DNA from: Polyangiaceae bacterium
GTDB taxonomy: Bacteria > Myxococcota_A > Polyangia > Polyangiales > Polyangiaceae
Length of the DNA stretch: 64,000 nt
NCBI GenBank assembly: GCA_050287085.1
Contig: JBNKBE010000006.1
Span: forward strand, 170,381-234,380
Direction: 5' to 3'
In this document: positions 1-10,435 of the stretch, in pieces
Numbering within the stretch: position 1 is the first letter of the stretch
How the letters are laid out: every line of letters starts with the position of its first letter
Notes under the pieces: model-generated
The model's database searches: none
Told to the model about the DNA's origin: nothing
Seen by the model: the letters and a program-made list of their open reading frames with translations, nothing else
Made by a program: the position numbers and the translations under genes

Positions 1-504
1 TTCAGCTGTGAGCAGCTCCATCACGAAGTAGGGGCGCCCGTCCCAGCGCCCGAAGTCCGTGATCTCGCAGACCGCCGGATGAGAAACGGCAGCCGCAGAC
101 TGGGCCTCGCGCAAGAAGCGCGCCGCCAGGAGCGCATCCGACGCTAGTTCGGCGCGCAGCATCTTCAGCGCAAACTCGCGCCCCAACGTCGCGTGACGCA
201 CCCGATAGACGATCCCCATTCCCCCTTCACCGAGGATAGCCCGCACTTCGTAGCGCTCATCGATGACAACGCCGATCAGGTCACGGACGCTGGCCGTCGC
301 GACGTCGCTCCGTACCTCTACCTCACGCGGCGGCGTCACCCGACCGGCTCTCTGCAGCCCTGGCTGCGTCCCAGATCCGATGGCGGCCGCGCCCAGAGTC
401 GAAGCCTCACGACACGGCTGTGTTGGGCGACTCGAGCTGTCGTCACCGCCAGCGGCGGGCAGCTGCGCACCCGGCAGCCGAGTTGTCCATTCTTCTTGCG
501 ACAC
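1..504 (-). CDS. Ser/Thr protein kinase, N-terminal part (runs off left edge)
   Basis: Manual minus-strand translation gives RYEVRAILGEGGMGIVYRVRHATLGREFALKML...RFLREAQSAAAVSHPAVCEITDFG...PYFVMELL (Hanks subdomains I-V). The GTG start at 504 is tentative. Confidence 0.9.
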   Translation of the reverse strand, partial: MSQEEWTTRLPGAQLPAAGGDDSSSRPTQPCREASTLGAAAIGSGTQPGLQRAGRVTPPREVEVRSDVATASVRDLIGVVIDERYEVRAILGEGGMGIVYRVRHATLGREFALKMLRAELASDALLAARFLREAQSAAAVSHPAVCEITDFGRWDGRPYFVMELLTAE

Positions 505-622
505 TGTGAAATTCGAAATCGTGGTAGAGGACCCTAACACGACCGGCCACACACCGTCCCTCTCATCGCAAGTGACGGTGTCGCAAATAAGCTCGCCGGC
601 ACGCTACGAGTTCGAAGGTCCA

Positions 623-1741
623 GTGAACCCTATTGATACACAACAGCTGTCTCCGCCGGCGCGAAAGCCGCTAGCCCCTTCGGCTCCAAAGGCGCTGCGC
701 TTGATGGCCGCGCGCGGCATTCTGCCGGGCGCCAAGCCCGGTGATGCCCTGACGGTACTGGTCGTGCTCGCCGCCGACGACGACGATGATGTGGCGGCAG
801 CCGCGCGCGCCACGTTGGACGACCTACCCCGCCCTTTGCTCACGGGTGCCCTCTCTAGCGATTTGCAGGCCTCCGTTATCCTGACTCTGGCCGAGCGCTA
901 CAACCGAGACGCGGACGTCGTTCAACGACTGGTAGCCATGCCCCGCATCTCGGGACTCGCGCTCTGCCACTTGGCTGAGACGGCAAGCGAACAGACCGGC
1001 GAGGTGATAGCCGCCAACGAAACGCTGCTCCTGCAGCACTCGACGGCGATCGAAGCGCTGTATATGAACAAGCGAGTGCGCATGAGCACGGCCGATCGAC
1101 TGTTGGAGCTGGCGGTTCGCAACGGCCTGGAACTAGGCATTCCGGCCTTCCGACAGGCGGCTGCGGCGATCGTCGACGAATTGATAGCCGAGCCTTCCGA
1201 TGAGGAAACGTTCGACGATCTGCTGTTCAAGGAAGCCGAGGAGGTGGCTCGGGAGGTGGCCTTGAAGGACGATCCAGAAGACGATACCCACGAACGCAAC
1301 GAAGAAGGGGAAGAACAACTCCGCGCCCCCTTCCTGCCGCTCCACGCCAAGGTCGCACAGATGACCATCTCCCAGCGGATTCGGCGGGCCATCCTGGGGT
1401 CGGCGGCGGAACGGATGCTGCTGATTCGTGATACGAATCGACTGGTCGCGACCGCTGCCGCCACAAGCCCCCAACTTAACGAGAACGACGCGGCGCGGAT
1501 CGCCGCGTGCCGCAACGTCATCGACGACGTCCTGCGCATCATCGCCCAGAATCGCTCGTTCACAAGGAGCTATCAGGTGAAGCTGAATCTGGTCACCAAC
1601 CCCAGGACTCCATTCACCTTTTCGGCGCGCATGATCCCCCACCTGCGGGACAACGATCTCAGGTCTTTGGTCAAGAGCAAGAACATTCCAGCCGCTGTGC
1701 AGACGGCAGCCCGGCAGCAGCTATTGCGCAAGAATAAGTAG
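623..1741 (+). CDS. Conserved helical hypothetical protein (deltaproteobacterial type)
   Basis: ORF 263..1741. The part before GTG 623 overlaps the kinase, so the start was trimmed. C-terminus MTISQRIRRAILG..ERMLLIRD.N.LVA...LVTNPRTP resembles a myxobacterial/Geobacter hypothetical family as I recall it. Confidence 0.75.
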   Translation: MNPIDTQQLSPPARKPLAPSAPKALRLMAARGILPGAKPGDALTVLVVLAADDDDDVAAAARATLDDLPRPLLTGALSSDLQASVILTLAERYNRDADVVQRLVAMPRISGLALCHLAETASEQTGEVIAANETLLLQHSTAIEALYMNKRVRMSTADRLLELAVRNGLELGIPAFRQAAAAIVDELIAEPSDEETFDDLLFKEAEEVAREVALKDDPEDDTHERNEEGEEQLRAPFLPLHAKVAQMTISQRIRRAILGSAAERMLLIRDTNRLVATAAATSPQLNENDAARIAACRNVIDDVLRIIAQNRSFTRSYQVKLNLVTNPRTPFTFSARMIPHLRDNDLRSLVKSKNIPAAVQTAARQQLLRKNK

Positions 1742-1898
1742 TAGGTCGACAGATCTCTGCTGCGGCCAAGCGTGAACTTCTACAGGTACGCGCGGTGAAA
1801 ATTCGCCCCCCTATGGGCTGCCTTGACTCGCCCTTGATTTGAGGATTGACTACGCTGACGTGCGTCCGCTGGCGCGCGTTCGGCCTGGAGACTCGTCA

Positions 1899-3464
1899 AT
1901 GCGCACCACACGTACTTCTTTGCTCTGTCCGTCTAGCCCTTCCCAACCGCTACAAGCTTGTTCGGCACGGCCCAACAACGAGCGCCTAGCGCTAGGCATC
2001 TGGGTTAACATGTTCCTACTGCTGACCAGCACGGGTTGCGGTCGTACGCTCGACATGGAGTGGGCAGATATTCACGGTCAAATCCCGGACGGCGGCATCG
2101 CCCCTTCATCCCAGACCGACATCCGGAAATTGTCAGAAGGTGAAATGCAAGGCGGCGCAGGTGACAGCAATGGCGGTACCGCGGGCACGCAGCCTTCAGG
2201 TGGTGCCACTGGAGGCGGGCTCGCAAACACAAGCGGTGGAAGCAGCCTAGTCGGGGGTGGCGGTTCCACAGGCCAAGTCACCACACCTGACTCCGGCGGG
2301 CAATCCAACGCCGGCGGGCAATCCAACGCCGGCGGGCAATCCAACGCCGGCGGTCGACCCGACAACGCAGGCGGGCAACCCAACGCTGGCGGGCAACCCA
2401 ACGCCGGCGGACAACCCAACGACGGCGGACAGGCGGGGGGCGCTGCCGGAAGCGATAGCGAGGGTCAGGGCGGCGCGGCTCCAGACGACGAATTGAAGTG
2501 CAATTCCGACCAGTATGCCGAAAGCTCGGGCTGCAACGTCTATGAGGAGTGCTCCGGTCCTGCGGGCTACACCTACGGATCCGTCGAGTGCTGGAACTCC
2601 GGGAGTGACGATTCCCTGGACTGCTATTGCGACAGTCGCAACTTCACTAACGACGGTACCACCCCCCCGCGCTTCTACTCGGTGCAGGTAGAGCTGATCG
2701 ACGTCGCGCCCGAAGAGGCGTGCGGAATGCTCTTTGACGCGTGCAGCCAGGGCCCGCTGCCCGAACCGGCCCCCAACGCGCCGGAAACGTGCACTCCCAG
2801 CTCCCAGAGGGCAGATACGAGCTATTGCAATCGCACGACCCGTTGCTCCAAAGAGGTGGACCTCGGAGGTGGCTTGGTTGGCCGCGTTTCTAACTACGAG
2901 ACCACAGCTTGTAATTCCGACTCGCCTGACGATACCGCTTGGTCCTGCACGTGCAGCGCGGCGCATAGCCGCGTGGCATTCGAACTGGAGGCCAGTGACG
3001 ACTCCTTTGACACATGCCCAGCGGCAGAGCGCTTGTGCCAGGGTGAACAGGTAGTTCCCGCCGGAGATCCGGTGTGCCGGCACCGAACGCAAGATGCGAA
3101 CGACGACTACTGCTACGCTCAAGTCGAGTGCCGCCAGCCAGCCCTGCTGGGTGAGCAGTCTGTAGAGGTCTTGGCCGCTCCGAGCGTATCGTGCAGGCAG
3201 GGTGAGGTCATAGCGGGCGATGCGACGACGCCGACTGACGGTGGTACGCAGTACGACGCTTCAACGTGGGGCTGCCGTTGTGGCGACGGCGTCACAGCGT
3301 TCAACATGGACGCCGGGGAGCCTTGGGACCTGTGCTCTGCCGCCGCGGAGCGCTGCGGTGAAAGCGCCATTGTCGACGGACTACTCCGCAGCGACCAGCA
3401 GAATTCTTACTACGGACCTTACGGCTACTACGACATGCCACTTCCGGCCCCCCCCACGCGCTAG
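1899..3464 (+). CDS. Secreted/lipoprotein with Gly-rich linker and three Cys-rich repeats
   Basis: Lipobox-like LLLTSTGC, GGQ(S/P)NA repeats, then three Cys-rich units. GGAG lies upstream of ATG 1899; the start is uncertain. Confidence 0.75.
   Translation: MRTTRTSLLCPSSPSQPLQACSARPNNERLALGIWVNMFLLLTSTGCGRTLDMEWADIHGQIPDGGIAPSSQTDIRKLSEGEMQGGAGDSNGGTAGTQPSGGATGGGLANTSGGSSLVGGGGSTGQVTTPDSGGQSNAGGQSNAGGQSNAGGRPDNAGGQPNAGGQPNAGGQPNDGGQAGGAAGSDSEGQGGAAPDDELKCNSDQYAESSGCNVYEECSGPAGYTYGSVECWNSGSDDSLDCYCDSRNFTNDGTTPPRFYSVQVELIDVAPEEACGMLFDACSQGPLPEPAPNAPETCTPSSQRADTSYCNRTTRCSKEVDLGGGLVGRVSNYETTACNSDSPDDTAWSCTCSAAHSRVAFELEASDDSFDTCPAAERLCQGEQVVPAGDPVCRHRTQDANDDYCYAQVECRQPALLGEQSVEVLAAPSVSCRQGEVIAGDATTPTDGGTQYDASTWGCRCGDGVTAFNMDAGEPWDLCSAAAERCGESAIVDGLLRSDQQNSYYGPYGYYDMPLPAPPTR
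2293..2432 (+). repeat. Imperfect 18-bp coding tandem repeat (GGQSNA/GGQPNA), about 7 copies
   Basis: ccggcgggcaatccaacg occurs 3 times exactly, followed by degenerate copies. Confidence 0.9.
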
Positions 3465-3469
3465 GGCCT

Positions 3470-3507
3470 GCCGGTCACTTCTGGCAGGTCCGCGAGAAGT
3501 GACCGGC
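3470..3507. terminator. Hairpin between convergent genes
   Basis: 13-bp perfect stem gccggtcacttct/agaagtgaccggc with a 12-nt loop, just after the stop at 3464. No U-tract. Confidence 0.45.
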
Positions 3508-3773
3508 TCAGCCCGCTCCGGCATCGTCCGAATCATGTGCCGCGTCAAACGCTCGATGTGTGCGACGAAACGTTCCAGGTCAGAGTCATTCCTACCTCCC
3601 TCGTGGCCGGCGACGCTCCGCGGCGCAACACTTGCTCCTGAAGCCGTCGCCCCTCGATCACAAACTTTGAAGTTGGGGCTCTGAAGGTAGAGCAGAGGAT
3701 CGAGTCGTCCAGCTATCGTGGCGTGCCCGGCGCAGCGACGGGCTCCTCCAACAAGCAAGCCACCCTTCGTCAG

Positions 3774-4616
3774 CTAGCGAGCCGTAACGAGCTGCGTCTT
3801 CTTCTTTTTCTGCTCTCGCGACCGGGCTTTGGCATCGCGCGTTTCCTGCTGCCGCTTCATCTTCTCGGGATCGACCAAGAAAGTGGAGATACGCTCGGAC
3901 TTCTCGAACTTCTTCTGATAGCGACGCGCTTCGTAGCGATTCTTGAAAGAGCCCACCCGAACGCGATGCCACAGGCCACGGTCGGGCACGTAGGCAGCCT
4001 GGTGGTAAGCGCGGTGTCCCCGCTTCCGGAGCTCCTGGGCAAAAGCTTCGGCGTCCTCCTTTGCCTGGAAACTCGCCACTTGGATTTCATACCCCCCCTC
4101 GCTGCCCTGTGGGGCCATCGGGACAGCGTCGTCAGACTCAGCAAGACGTTCAACGGTGAGCTGCGTCAGCTCGTCCTTGGGCTGTTCCGTAACCGGTGTC
4201 CGGCGCAGCAAGTCGCCTGCGGGTAGCACTTGGCGCGGCAATCCCGCGCCGTCCGCTTCGGCCGACGGCACGGGGGGCGCAACCAGCTCCGCTGAAGGCG
4301 CCAACAAGCGACCTCGAGCGTCCTTCACGGTCGCCAGAGCGGTCGTTGGAGAGTCACCGTCGCTCAACACGCTGGGAAAGGTAACCAAGTCCGAAGACAA
4401 CTCCGCCGGCCGCGCCTTCACCACCGGCTGCTCAGCAAGCAGCCGATCCAGGGCGTCCGAGTCCGCACGCTCCGGTGGGCGCTCTCGAGAAAACGTGGTC
4501 ATGGCAACAACGACCAGCCCTCCGCCCGCAATCGCGGCAAGGAGCAGAGTAGCGAAGGGCATGGAGCCCCCGCGTCCATCGCGCTCCTGAATCTGCTCGA
4601 GGTTCCTGAGGTTCAC
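3774..4616 (-). CDS. SPOR-domain membrane protein (FtsN/DedD-like)
   Basis: TM segment FATLLLAAIAGGGLVVVAM, Pro/Ala linker, and SPOR motif YEIQVASF...A...L...WHRVRVGSF. Start trimmed to GTG 4616. Confidence 0.85.
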   Translation of the reverse strand: MNLRNLEQIQERDGRGGSMPFATLLLAAIAGGGLVVVAMTTFSRERPPERADSDALDRLLAEQPVVKARPAELSSDLVTFPSVLSDGDSPTTALATVKDARGRLLAPSAELVAPPVPSAEADGAGLPRQVLPAGDLLRRTPVTEQPKDELTQLTVERLAESDDAVPMAPQGSEGGYEIQVASFQAKEDAEAFAQELRKRGHRAYHQAAYVPDRGLWHRVRVGSFKNRYEARRYQKKFEKSERISTFLVDPEKMKRQQETRDAKARSREQKKKKTQLVTAR

Positions 4617-4888
4617 AGCTATTACCTTCGGGGCGCGCCCTCGGCGCGCAAAGAAATGACTACACGGGCGAGGGGGTCGACGACAACCGGGTCCTCGGCC
4701 TCTGGCGGATACCGCGTCGTGGCCGCGCGGGCCAAGATTTCGTCTACTCCTTGCCGTGCATTCGACGCCGCTGGGGCCACGCACTCGGGGCCCCAGGGCC
4801 AAAGTCGAGCACCTCTTGACGACCTGTCGATAGGCTTGACGCAAGCGGATGGATGGGCCAGCACCCCAGGGAGAGGAAGGAGGTCAGG

Positions 4889-7342
4889 ATGACCACACAA
4901 CCCAATGGCGCCCCGATGCAGTCGCCCACCGGGAGGTCGATACTGGCGCGCGTCGGCCAGCACCTGGCACAACATCTGCGCCTGTTCAGCCTGTGGCCGA
5001 GCGGGGCGCTGCTTGGAGTCATGCTGCTATGGCTACCACTGTCCATCTTCACGTGGTGTCCAGGGCACGCCCTGGCCGCTTCAACAACGCGTGGCCTGTT
5101 TCGCAGTCTCGACTTCTGGGCGGTCTGTATCGCGACGATGTCGCTCTGGGCCGCGGCGACGTGCTGGGCGTTTACCTGGAGTCTTCTGGTGGAGGGCGCC
5201 GCACACGTCTTTTCGCGGCCGGGGGAAGTCGCCCACATCGAGAAGTGGCCGCTGATGACACCGAACGCTCAGAGCAACATGAGCCTGCCCGTTTGGTCCT
5301 ATCGAGTCTTCTCGGTTCCTCTCAAGTTGGGGTATGTTGCGGCGACGCTGCTCGCCCTACCGGGAGTCGTAACCCTGGTAGCGGCTGCCTCCACCCCGGC
5401 CCGTTGCGGGGTAGCGGCAGTGCTGGGCACAATCATCGCCCTGACGGCGTCCCTGGTGGCCGGATACCTGACGAGACAAGGCCTGATCGCCAACGAGCCC
5501 TATCCATCAGCTTGGTATCCAATGGCTCGGTCTGTCAGCTGGCTGCACAGACCCAGCGTGTGGCTGCGACGACAGCTCGCACGAGCGCTCCCGGAAAGCA
5601 GTGCCGCCGTTGTTCTAAGTGGTCGCTTGCCCGGCGAAAAGCTCCTCCACCCCGACCACTTCGCGGCCGTCTGCGGCTCCGCCATCATTCTCTTCACGCT
5701 ACTGCTATTGGCTTACCTGGGTCACCCCAACACGGGTCGAGTACATGTCGCAAGCTGCGCCTTTCTATTCTTGATCGCCATGAGCGCGCTTTGGCTTCTC
5801 GGCGCGTTTCGCTTTCACCTCGCTCGCGTCAGCATATCGCCAGTGGTGGCGACACTCCTGCTGGGTTTGGTCAGCTACTGCGCGCGTGACAGCGAACACG
5901 AATACCCTTTGCTCAGCACTAGCACTGGGGCCCCAAGCGCCGCGACGCGCCTTGCCCCAGGCGATGTCCTCTCCTCCCATCGCTCCGACAACCTTGTTGT
6001 GCTCACGACTACCGGCGGCGGCATATGGGCTGCTAGCTGGACTACGCTAGCACTAGCGCGTTTGCTTGACGCCCGACCAACACTCGAGCAAGAGCTGCGC
6101 GTTCTCAGTGGCGTTTCGGGTGGAGCGGTGGGCTCGGCCTTCTACGTCGCCGAACGGCTTGAGCACCCCGGCACCAAGGCCAGCCGCGCCGCTCGCAACG
6201 CCTACATCAAGGCGACGCAATCAAGCATCGACGCGCTCAGCTATGGGCTTCTCTACCGAGATCTACGATTGATGTTGCCGGGCCTTGGACGCCCCCGGAG
6301 CGCTGCAAGTTCAGTAGCCGAAGATCGCGCCACGCTGCTCGAGGACAATTGGTGCAAGATCGCGGCGTGCAGCAGCGGAGTGATGACCCCCAGCGGCGAC
6401 GCGGTCGCCGCCGGAGAGTGTTCTCGAGTCGATGCTCTCCATTGCCCTCGCTATCCCCTTTCGTCTCTGGTGGCTCCCATCCGCGCCGGACACATCCCAC
6501 TGCCTATTCTCAATACCGCGGTGCTTGAGACCGGCCGGCGCTTGTTGGTGACGCCGCTTGCTTGGGGCACAGCTCCGCGCCCACCCCAGGCGTCGGGGAG
6601 CCCTCGCGTCGAGCCGACGCAACGCGATACCCGCGCTTGGACACTGGACGAGTACCTCTTTGACCAAGACGGCACGGCGGAGCTCTCGCTGTGGACCGCT
6701 GCGCGACTCGCCGCGACATTTCCATATGTATCACCCGCAGCGAGAGCGCCACGCGACCTCGGCGCAGCGTGCATCCCTGACGCTGCCCCGGACTCGTTGC
6801 CGAGCCGCGCATGCCGGGCGCTGCACCACGTGATCGACGGTGGCTACTACGACAACTATGGTGTCGCCTCTGCGCTTGATTGGTTGAGTACGGTGCTCGA
6901 CACCGAGCTCGAACGTCGACGTGGGCAACTCACGGGCGAAGAGCCGAGACTGAAGCGTGTCCTCATCGTTCAGCTGCGCTCTAGCCCCGATGCCGAACCC
7001 GGCACTCGAGGGGGCGCCGACGCGTACTCGACGGCGCTATTCGGCCCCCTTAGGGCGGTAGTCAAGATGGCTTTCGGCGCTGCCCGACAGCGCAACGACA
7101 TCCAACTAGACAGCTTCCTCAAGCGGTACCAAGCCGCCTTCGGCGGGACGCTACAGCTGGACACAGTGTTGTTTCAGCCCGCCACATCGGGAATCGATCC
7201 ACTCAACTGGCGACTGACCCCCCAAGACGTACGCGCCTTGGAAGCCGCTTGGCCGGAGGGACCACCACGGTCCTGGCCAAAGGCCATTCGAGACGAGTGG
7301 TACACGCTCGAACGATTTCTGGACGACGCCGCAAGTGAATGA
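4889..7342 (+). CDS. Multi-TM membrane protein with patatin-like phospholipase domain
   Basis: Several hydrophobic helices, then GGGIWAA (Gly loop), SGVSGGAVG (nucleophile Ser) and DGGYYDN. Strong SD AGGAGGT before ATG 4889. Confidence 0.8.
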   Translation: MTTQPNGAPMQSPTGRSILARVGQHLAQHLRLFSLWPSGALLGVMLLWLPLSIFTWCPGHALAASTTRGLFRSLDFWAVCIATMSLWAAATCWAFTWSLLVEGAAHVFSRPGEVAHIEKWPLMTPNAQSNMSLPVWSYRVFSVPLKLGYVAATLLALPGVVTLVAAASTPARCGVAAVLGTIIALTASLVAGYLTRQGLIANEPYPSAWYPMARSVSWLHRPSVWLRRQLARALPESSAAVVLSGRLPGEKLLHPDHFAAVCGSAIILFTLLLLAYLGHPNTGRVHVASCAFLFLIAMSALWLLGAFRFHLARVSISPVVATLLLGLVSYCARDSEHEYPLLSTSTGAPSAATRLAPGDVLSSHRSDNLVVLTTTGGGIWAASWTTLALARLLDARPTLEQELRVLSGVSGGAVGSAFYVAERLEHPGTKASRAARNAYIKATQSSIDALSYGLLYRDLRLMLPGLGRPRSAASSVAEDRATLLEDNWCKIAACSSGVMTPSGDAVAAGECSRVDALHCPRYPLSSLVAPIRAGHIPLPILNTAVLETGRRLLVTPLAWGTAPRPPQASGSPRVEPTQRDTRAWTLDEYLFDQDGTAELSLWTAARLAATFPYVSPAARAPRDLGAACIPDAAPDSLPSRACRALHHVIDGGYYDNYGVASALDWLSTVLDTELERRRGQLTGEEPRLKRVLIVQLRSSPDAEPGTRGGADAYSTALFGPLRAVVKMAFGAARQRNDIQLDSFLKRYQAAFGGTLQLDTVLFQPATSGIDPLNWRLTPQDVRALEAAWPEGPPRSWPKAIRDEWYTLERFLDDAASE

Positions 7343-7443
7343 AGCGCTTCCGGCCTGCGTATACAATGCGAAGCGGCTCTTCTAGGCTTAACAGATCCCG
7401 TCATGGACGCCGTTGGCAAAAGAGATGAGTGGCCTCGTTGGCA

Positions 7444-8786
7444 TCATGATCGGATGTCCAAGGCCCTCACGACCTGCACAGCCTTCCAATGAGTCTCTAA
7501 GATCTCCGCCTCAACATCGCTCGCCGCCACAATCCCCCCGCCCACGAAGTAGTGGCCACACCCCTCGCGCACCGTCAGCGTTCGAATAGCCATCGCAAGC
7601 GTCATCCCCCCGGCGTGCTGGATGAAGCCCAGCGCTCCGGTATACAGTCCGCGCCGATGCTCTTCGAGCTCTCGGATGAGCTCCATGGCACGGATTTTCG
7701 GCGCCCCCGTGATGCTCCCACTGGGTAGCATGACGCGCAGCAGTTCCGCTCGCCCCACCTCTGGACGGAGCTGCGCGGATACTCGCGCCTGGCGATGAAA
7801 GAGGGTTGGATGGGTATGGATATAGGCGGGCTCCGCATGCACCCGCCCCACCTCGCTGACGCGGCACAAGTCGCTGCGCTCGATGTCCACCACCATCGCA
7901 AGCTCCGCGGCCTCTTTTGGGCTCAGTTCAAGCTCGCGCTTCAACCGTGCGTCGACGCGCTTGTCAGCGGATCGCGGGCGAGTGCCCTTGATGGGCACGG
8001 TGAGAACCCGCCCCCCAGGCTCCAACTGCAAGAATAGCTCTGGAGACGTACTGACGACCCCCGCTGCCGACAGCGCAGCGCCATAGGGCGGTCGGGTCAG
8101 CTCGGTCATCGCTACCAACACGGAAAGCAGCGATTCCTTCACGGGAAACGTGAGACGCCGGGCCATGTTGACCTCATAGATGTCGCCTTCGTAGATGTGT
8201 GCGAGGGCGCGCTGAATGCGAGCTCGATGACGCTCGATATCGAGCTCAAGCTCGCCCGTTGCTCTCGCATGCCCGGCCGCTGCCACCTGACTGTCGCGCA
8301 GGGTTGGGCCGCGCAGCAACGGCCTGCCGCAGGACAACGCGCCCCCCTTGGCGGCGCCCGAGAGCAGCTTGGAGGCCAAACGTCGCACGGCCAGGCGATC
8401 ATCCCCCACGACACGAACGGTCTTGTCGACGACGCAGATCGCAGCATAACGCCACCACTCTGGGACCTCGTGATGTGGCGCGGGACGCGTTTCCGCTGTC
8501 GTATAACGTGGACGCTCCAGGCGCGAGCGTTCAGCTTCGTAGGGCAGCACCCCGATCCAGCGCGGCACCAACATCCGTGGGTCGGCTAGCGCACCAGCCA
8601 AGGGAAGCTCCGGCTCCGGATCCAACGCTGAGCGTCGCTCTATCGCGTCGCAGGCTACATAGCTGGGTCCGGAGCCGTCCGCTGTCCACAACACGACCGC
8701 GTCTGGTTCATGCCATAGCAGCGCGGCAATGCGCTCGGGCTCAGGGGCGAGCGCAAGTTCGGTCTCATACATCACGACCGGCTTCA
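7444..8786 (-). CDS. Chorismate-binding enzyme, PabB/TrpE component I family
   Basis: Motifs GDIYEVN, SPELFL, PIKGTRPR, ELAMVVDIERSDL, PSGSITGAPKIRAM, RGLYTG, IRT and GGGIV. Confidence 0.9.
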
Positions 8787-9821
8787 CGGGATGTCCCCGT
8801 AGTGCGCGAAACTCTCTGCGACAGCCAAGGGTCGAATGCAATCGGCGACCACCCGGGCCGTATCGGAGCGCATCCTAGCCCAGTCCACGGTCGCTGGCAC
8901 CTGCCAGCTCTCGTCGGGAAGCACCCAGGCACGCTCGAGCGGTGCCACGGCCGTGGCGCCCGACAGGACCACGCAATCCCGAAGTCTGCCGCTCCCCACC
9001 ACGCGTCCCCCCGGATGGATTAGGCTCCCCTGCACCTGAACCCGCCGGCCACAACTTACCGTTATCCGACCTGAGATACAATGCCCCGCCTGGCGCTCCA
9101 GAACCCCCGCTTGGCAGTCTCCCAATCCGCCCAACAAGGTGGCCCACGCCAGGTTGGCCGCCAGGAGTCGCGCCGTCTCCCCCAGATCGAGCCAGGGTCG
9201 CTCGTGCAGGAGCGTGGTGATGGAGCGCCCCGCACGCAGCCATGGCAAACACAGATCACCCACCAAGCAGCCGCGCCCCGGCAATGCTGCCAGCGCACTC
9301 TCACCCAGCGCCATGACCCCCACGTAGTCCGCCCCACGTATCTCTTGCCCAAAGCGCTCCCGTCGCAAACGCACCACTCGACCCGCCGCGTCCAATCCCA
9401 CGGTACCAGTCCCGGGTGCGTCGCCCCCGGCCGGCGGCGCGATCAGCAGGCATAGATCCCCGCGCACCGCCGCGGCTCGCAACGCCGCGAGGGGAGGCGC
9501 CGTCAGAATGTCCCCGTTCCATACGACACAAGGGGCCTGCAGCTGGTCGCTGGCGAAGGCTACCCCCCCCGCGGTGCCGAGCAACTCGGGCTCCCGGCTG
9601 AAGGTGAGGTCGAGCGACGGATAGCTGAAGCGCTGCCAACGCTCGGCCAGATGATGTGTATTGACGACCGCGCGTGACACGCCTTGGCTGACTGCCAGTG
9701 AAAGCAAGTGCGCTAGCATGGGGCGGTCCCCGAGTGGCGCCAATGGTTTGGGAACGCGGCGAGTGAGGGGCCGAAGCCGGGTGCCCGCCCCGGCGCAAAG
9801 TACCATTAGCGACGCGCCCAT
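8784..9821 (-). CDS. Sugar-phosphate nucleotidyltransferase (NTP_transferase; MurU/GMPP-like)
   Basis: LCAGAGTRLRPLT..VPKPL, VVNTHHL, ELLGTAGG, NGD, W.DLG. Start trimmed to ATG 9821. Confidence 0.88.
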   Translation of the reverse strand: MGASLMVLCAGAGTRLRPLTRRVPKPLAPLGDRPMLAHLLSLAVSQGVSRAVVNTHHLAERWQRFSYPSLDLTFSREPELLGTAGGVAFASDQLQAPCVVWNGDILTAPPLAALRAAAVRGDLCLLIAPPAGGDAPGTGTVGLDAAGRVVRLRRERFGQEIRGADYVGVMALGESALAALPGRGCLVGDLCLPWLRAGRSITTLLHERPWLDLGETARLLAANLAWATLLGGLGDCQAGVLERQAGHCISGRITVSCGRRVQVQGSLIHPGGRVVGSGRLRDCVVLSGATAVAPLERAWVLPDESWQVPATVDWARMRSDTARVVADCIRPLAVAESFAHYGDIP

Positions 9822-9908
9822 AAGACGGCCAGTATCACCTTTTCGGCTCCCCGCCAGGCTACAAAACTCGCCCCGGCCACAGCGATCTGCTAGCGGGTAT
9901 GCGCCTGC

Positions 9909-10343
9909 ATGTTTCGACCCGTCCTCCTTGCTATCTCCCTGCTGGCTACCATTTTCTCGGCCTGTGGCACCGACGCGGTGGGCGTCGATGTGTGCCAGCG
10001 CATCGAAGAAGCTCGTTGTGAGGCTGCTCGGCGTTGCGGCGACATCAGCGACGTCGACGCATGCCAGCGCTTCGCGCAAAACCAATGCCTGCATGGCGTA
10101 GCGCTCGAGAAGAGTCCAGGCACGGTGCTCGCAACGCGCTGCGCCGACGCACTCGAACTCGCGGGTCGTTGTGCTTCAAAGAATGGCAAGGGGTCGCGCG
10201 CGGAAGCTTGTGTCGATCTCGAGGCCAAAGGCGACGAGCGGGTTTGCGATATCGTGCGCGAACCGGAGCGTGCCAAGCGCTGCGCCTTCCTGATCGAAGC
10301 GGACGAAGCCGACTCGAAAGACCAAAGCGCCGACGCCGGTTGA
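9909..10343 (+). CDS. Small Cys-rich lipoprotein
   Basis: Signal peptide ending in FSAC, followed by about 10 more Cys. Confidence 0.75.
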   Translation: MFRPVLLAISLLATIFSACGTDAVGVDVCQRIEEARCEAARRCGDISDVDACQRFAQNQCLHGVALEKSPGTVLATRCADALELAGRCASKNGKGSRAEACVDLEAKGDERVCDIVREPERAKRCAFLIEADEADSKDQSADAG

Positions 10344-10435
10344 AGACGGTAAAAGGAACGGCACACGTGCGGCCCCCTGAGCCCACCACCAACGCAGGGG
10401 TGGCACTTTCCAACGTCGTCGGCTAGAAGGCGCGC

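Noticed and set aside
263..622. N-terminal extension of ORF 263..1741
   Set aside because: It overlaps the opposite-strand kinase and is not protein-like. GTG 623 is preferred.
3381..3758. Minus-strand 125-aa ORF, and a 14-codon ORF behind a GGAGGT near 3590
   Set aside because: No recognisable motif, and the longer ORF overlaps the upstream gene end. Support is insufficient.
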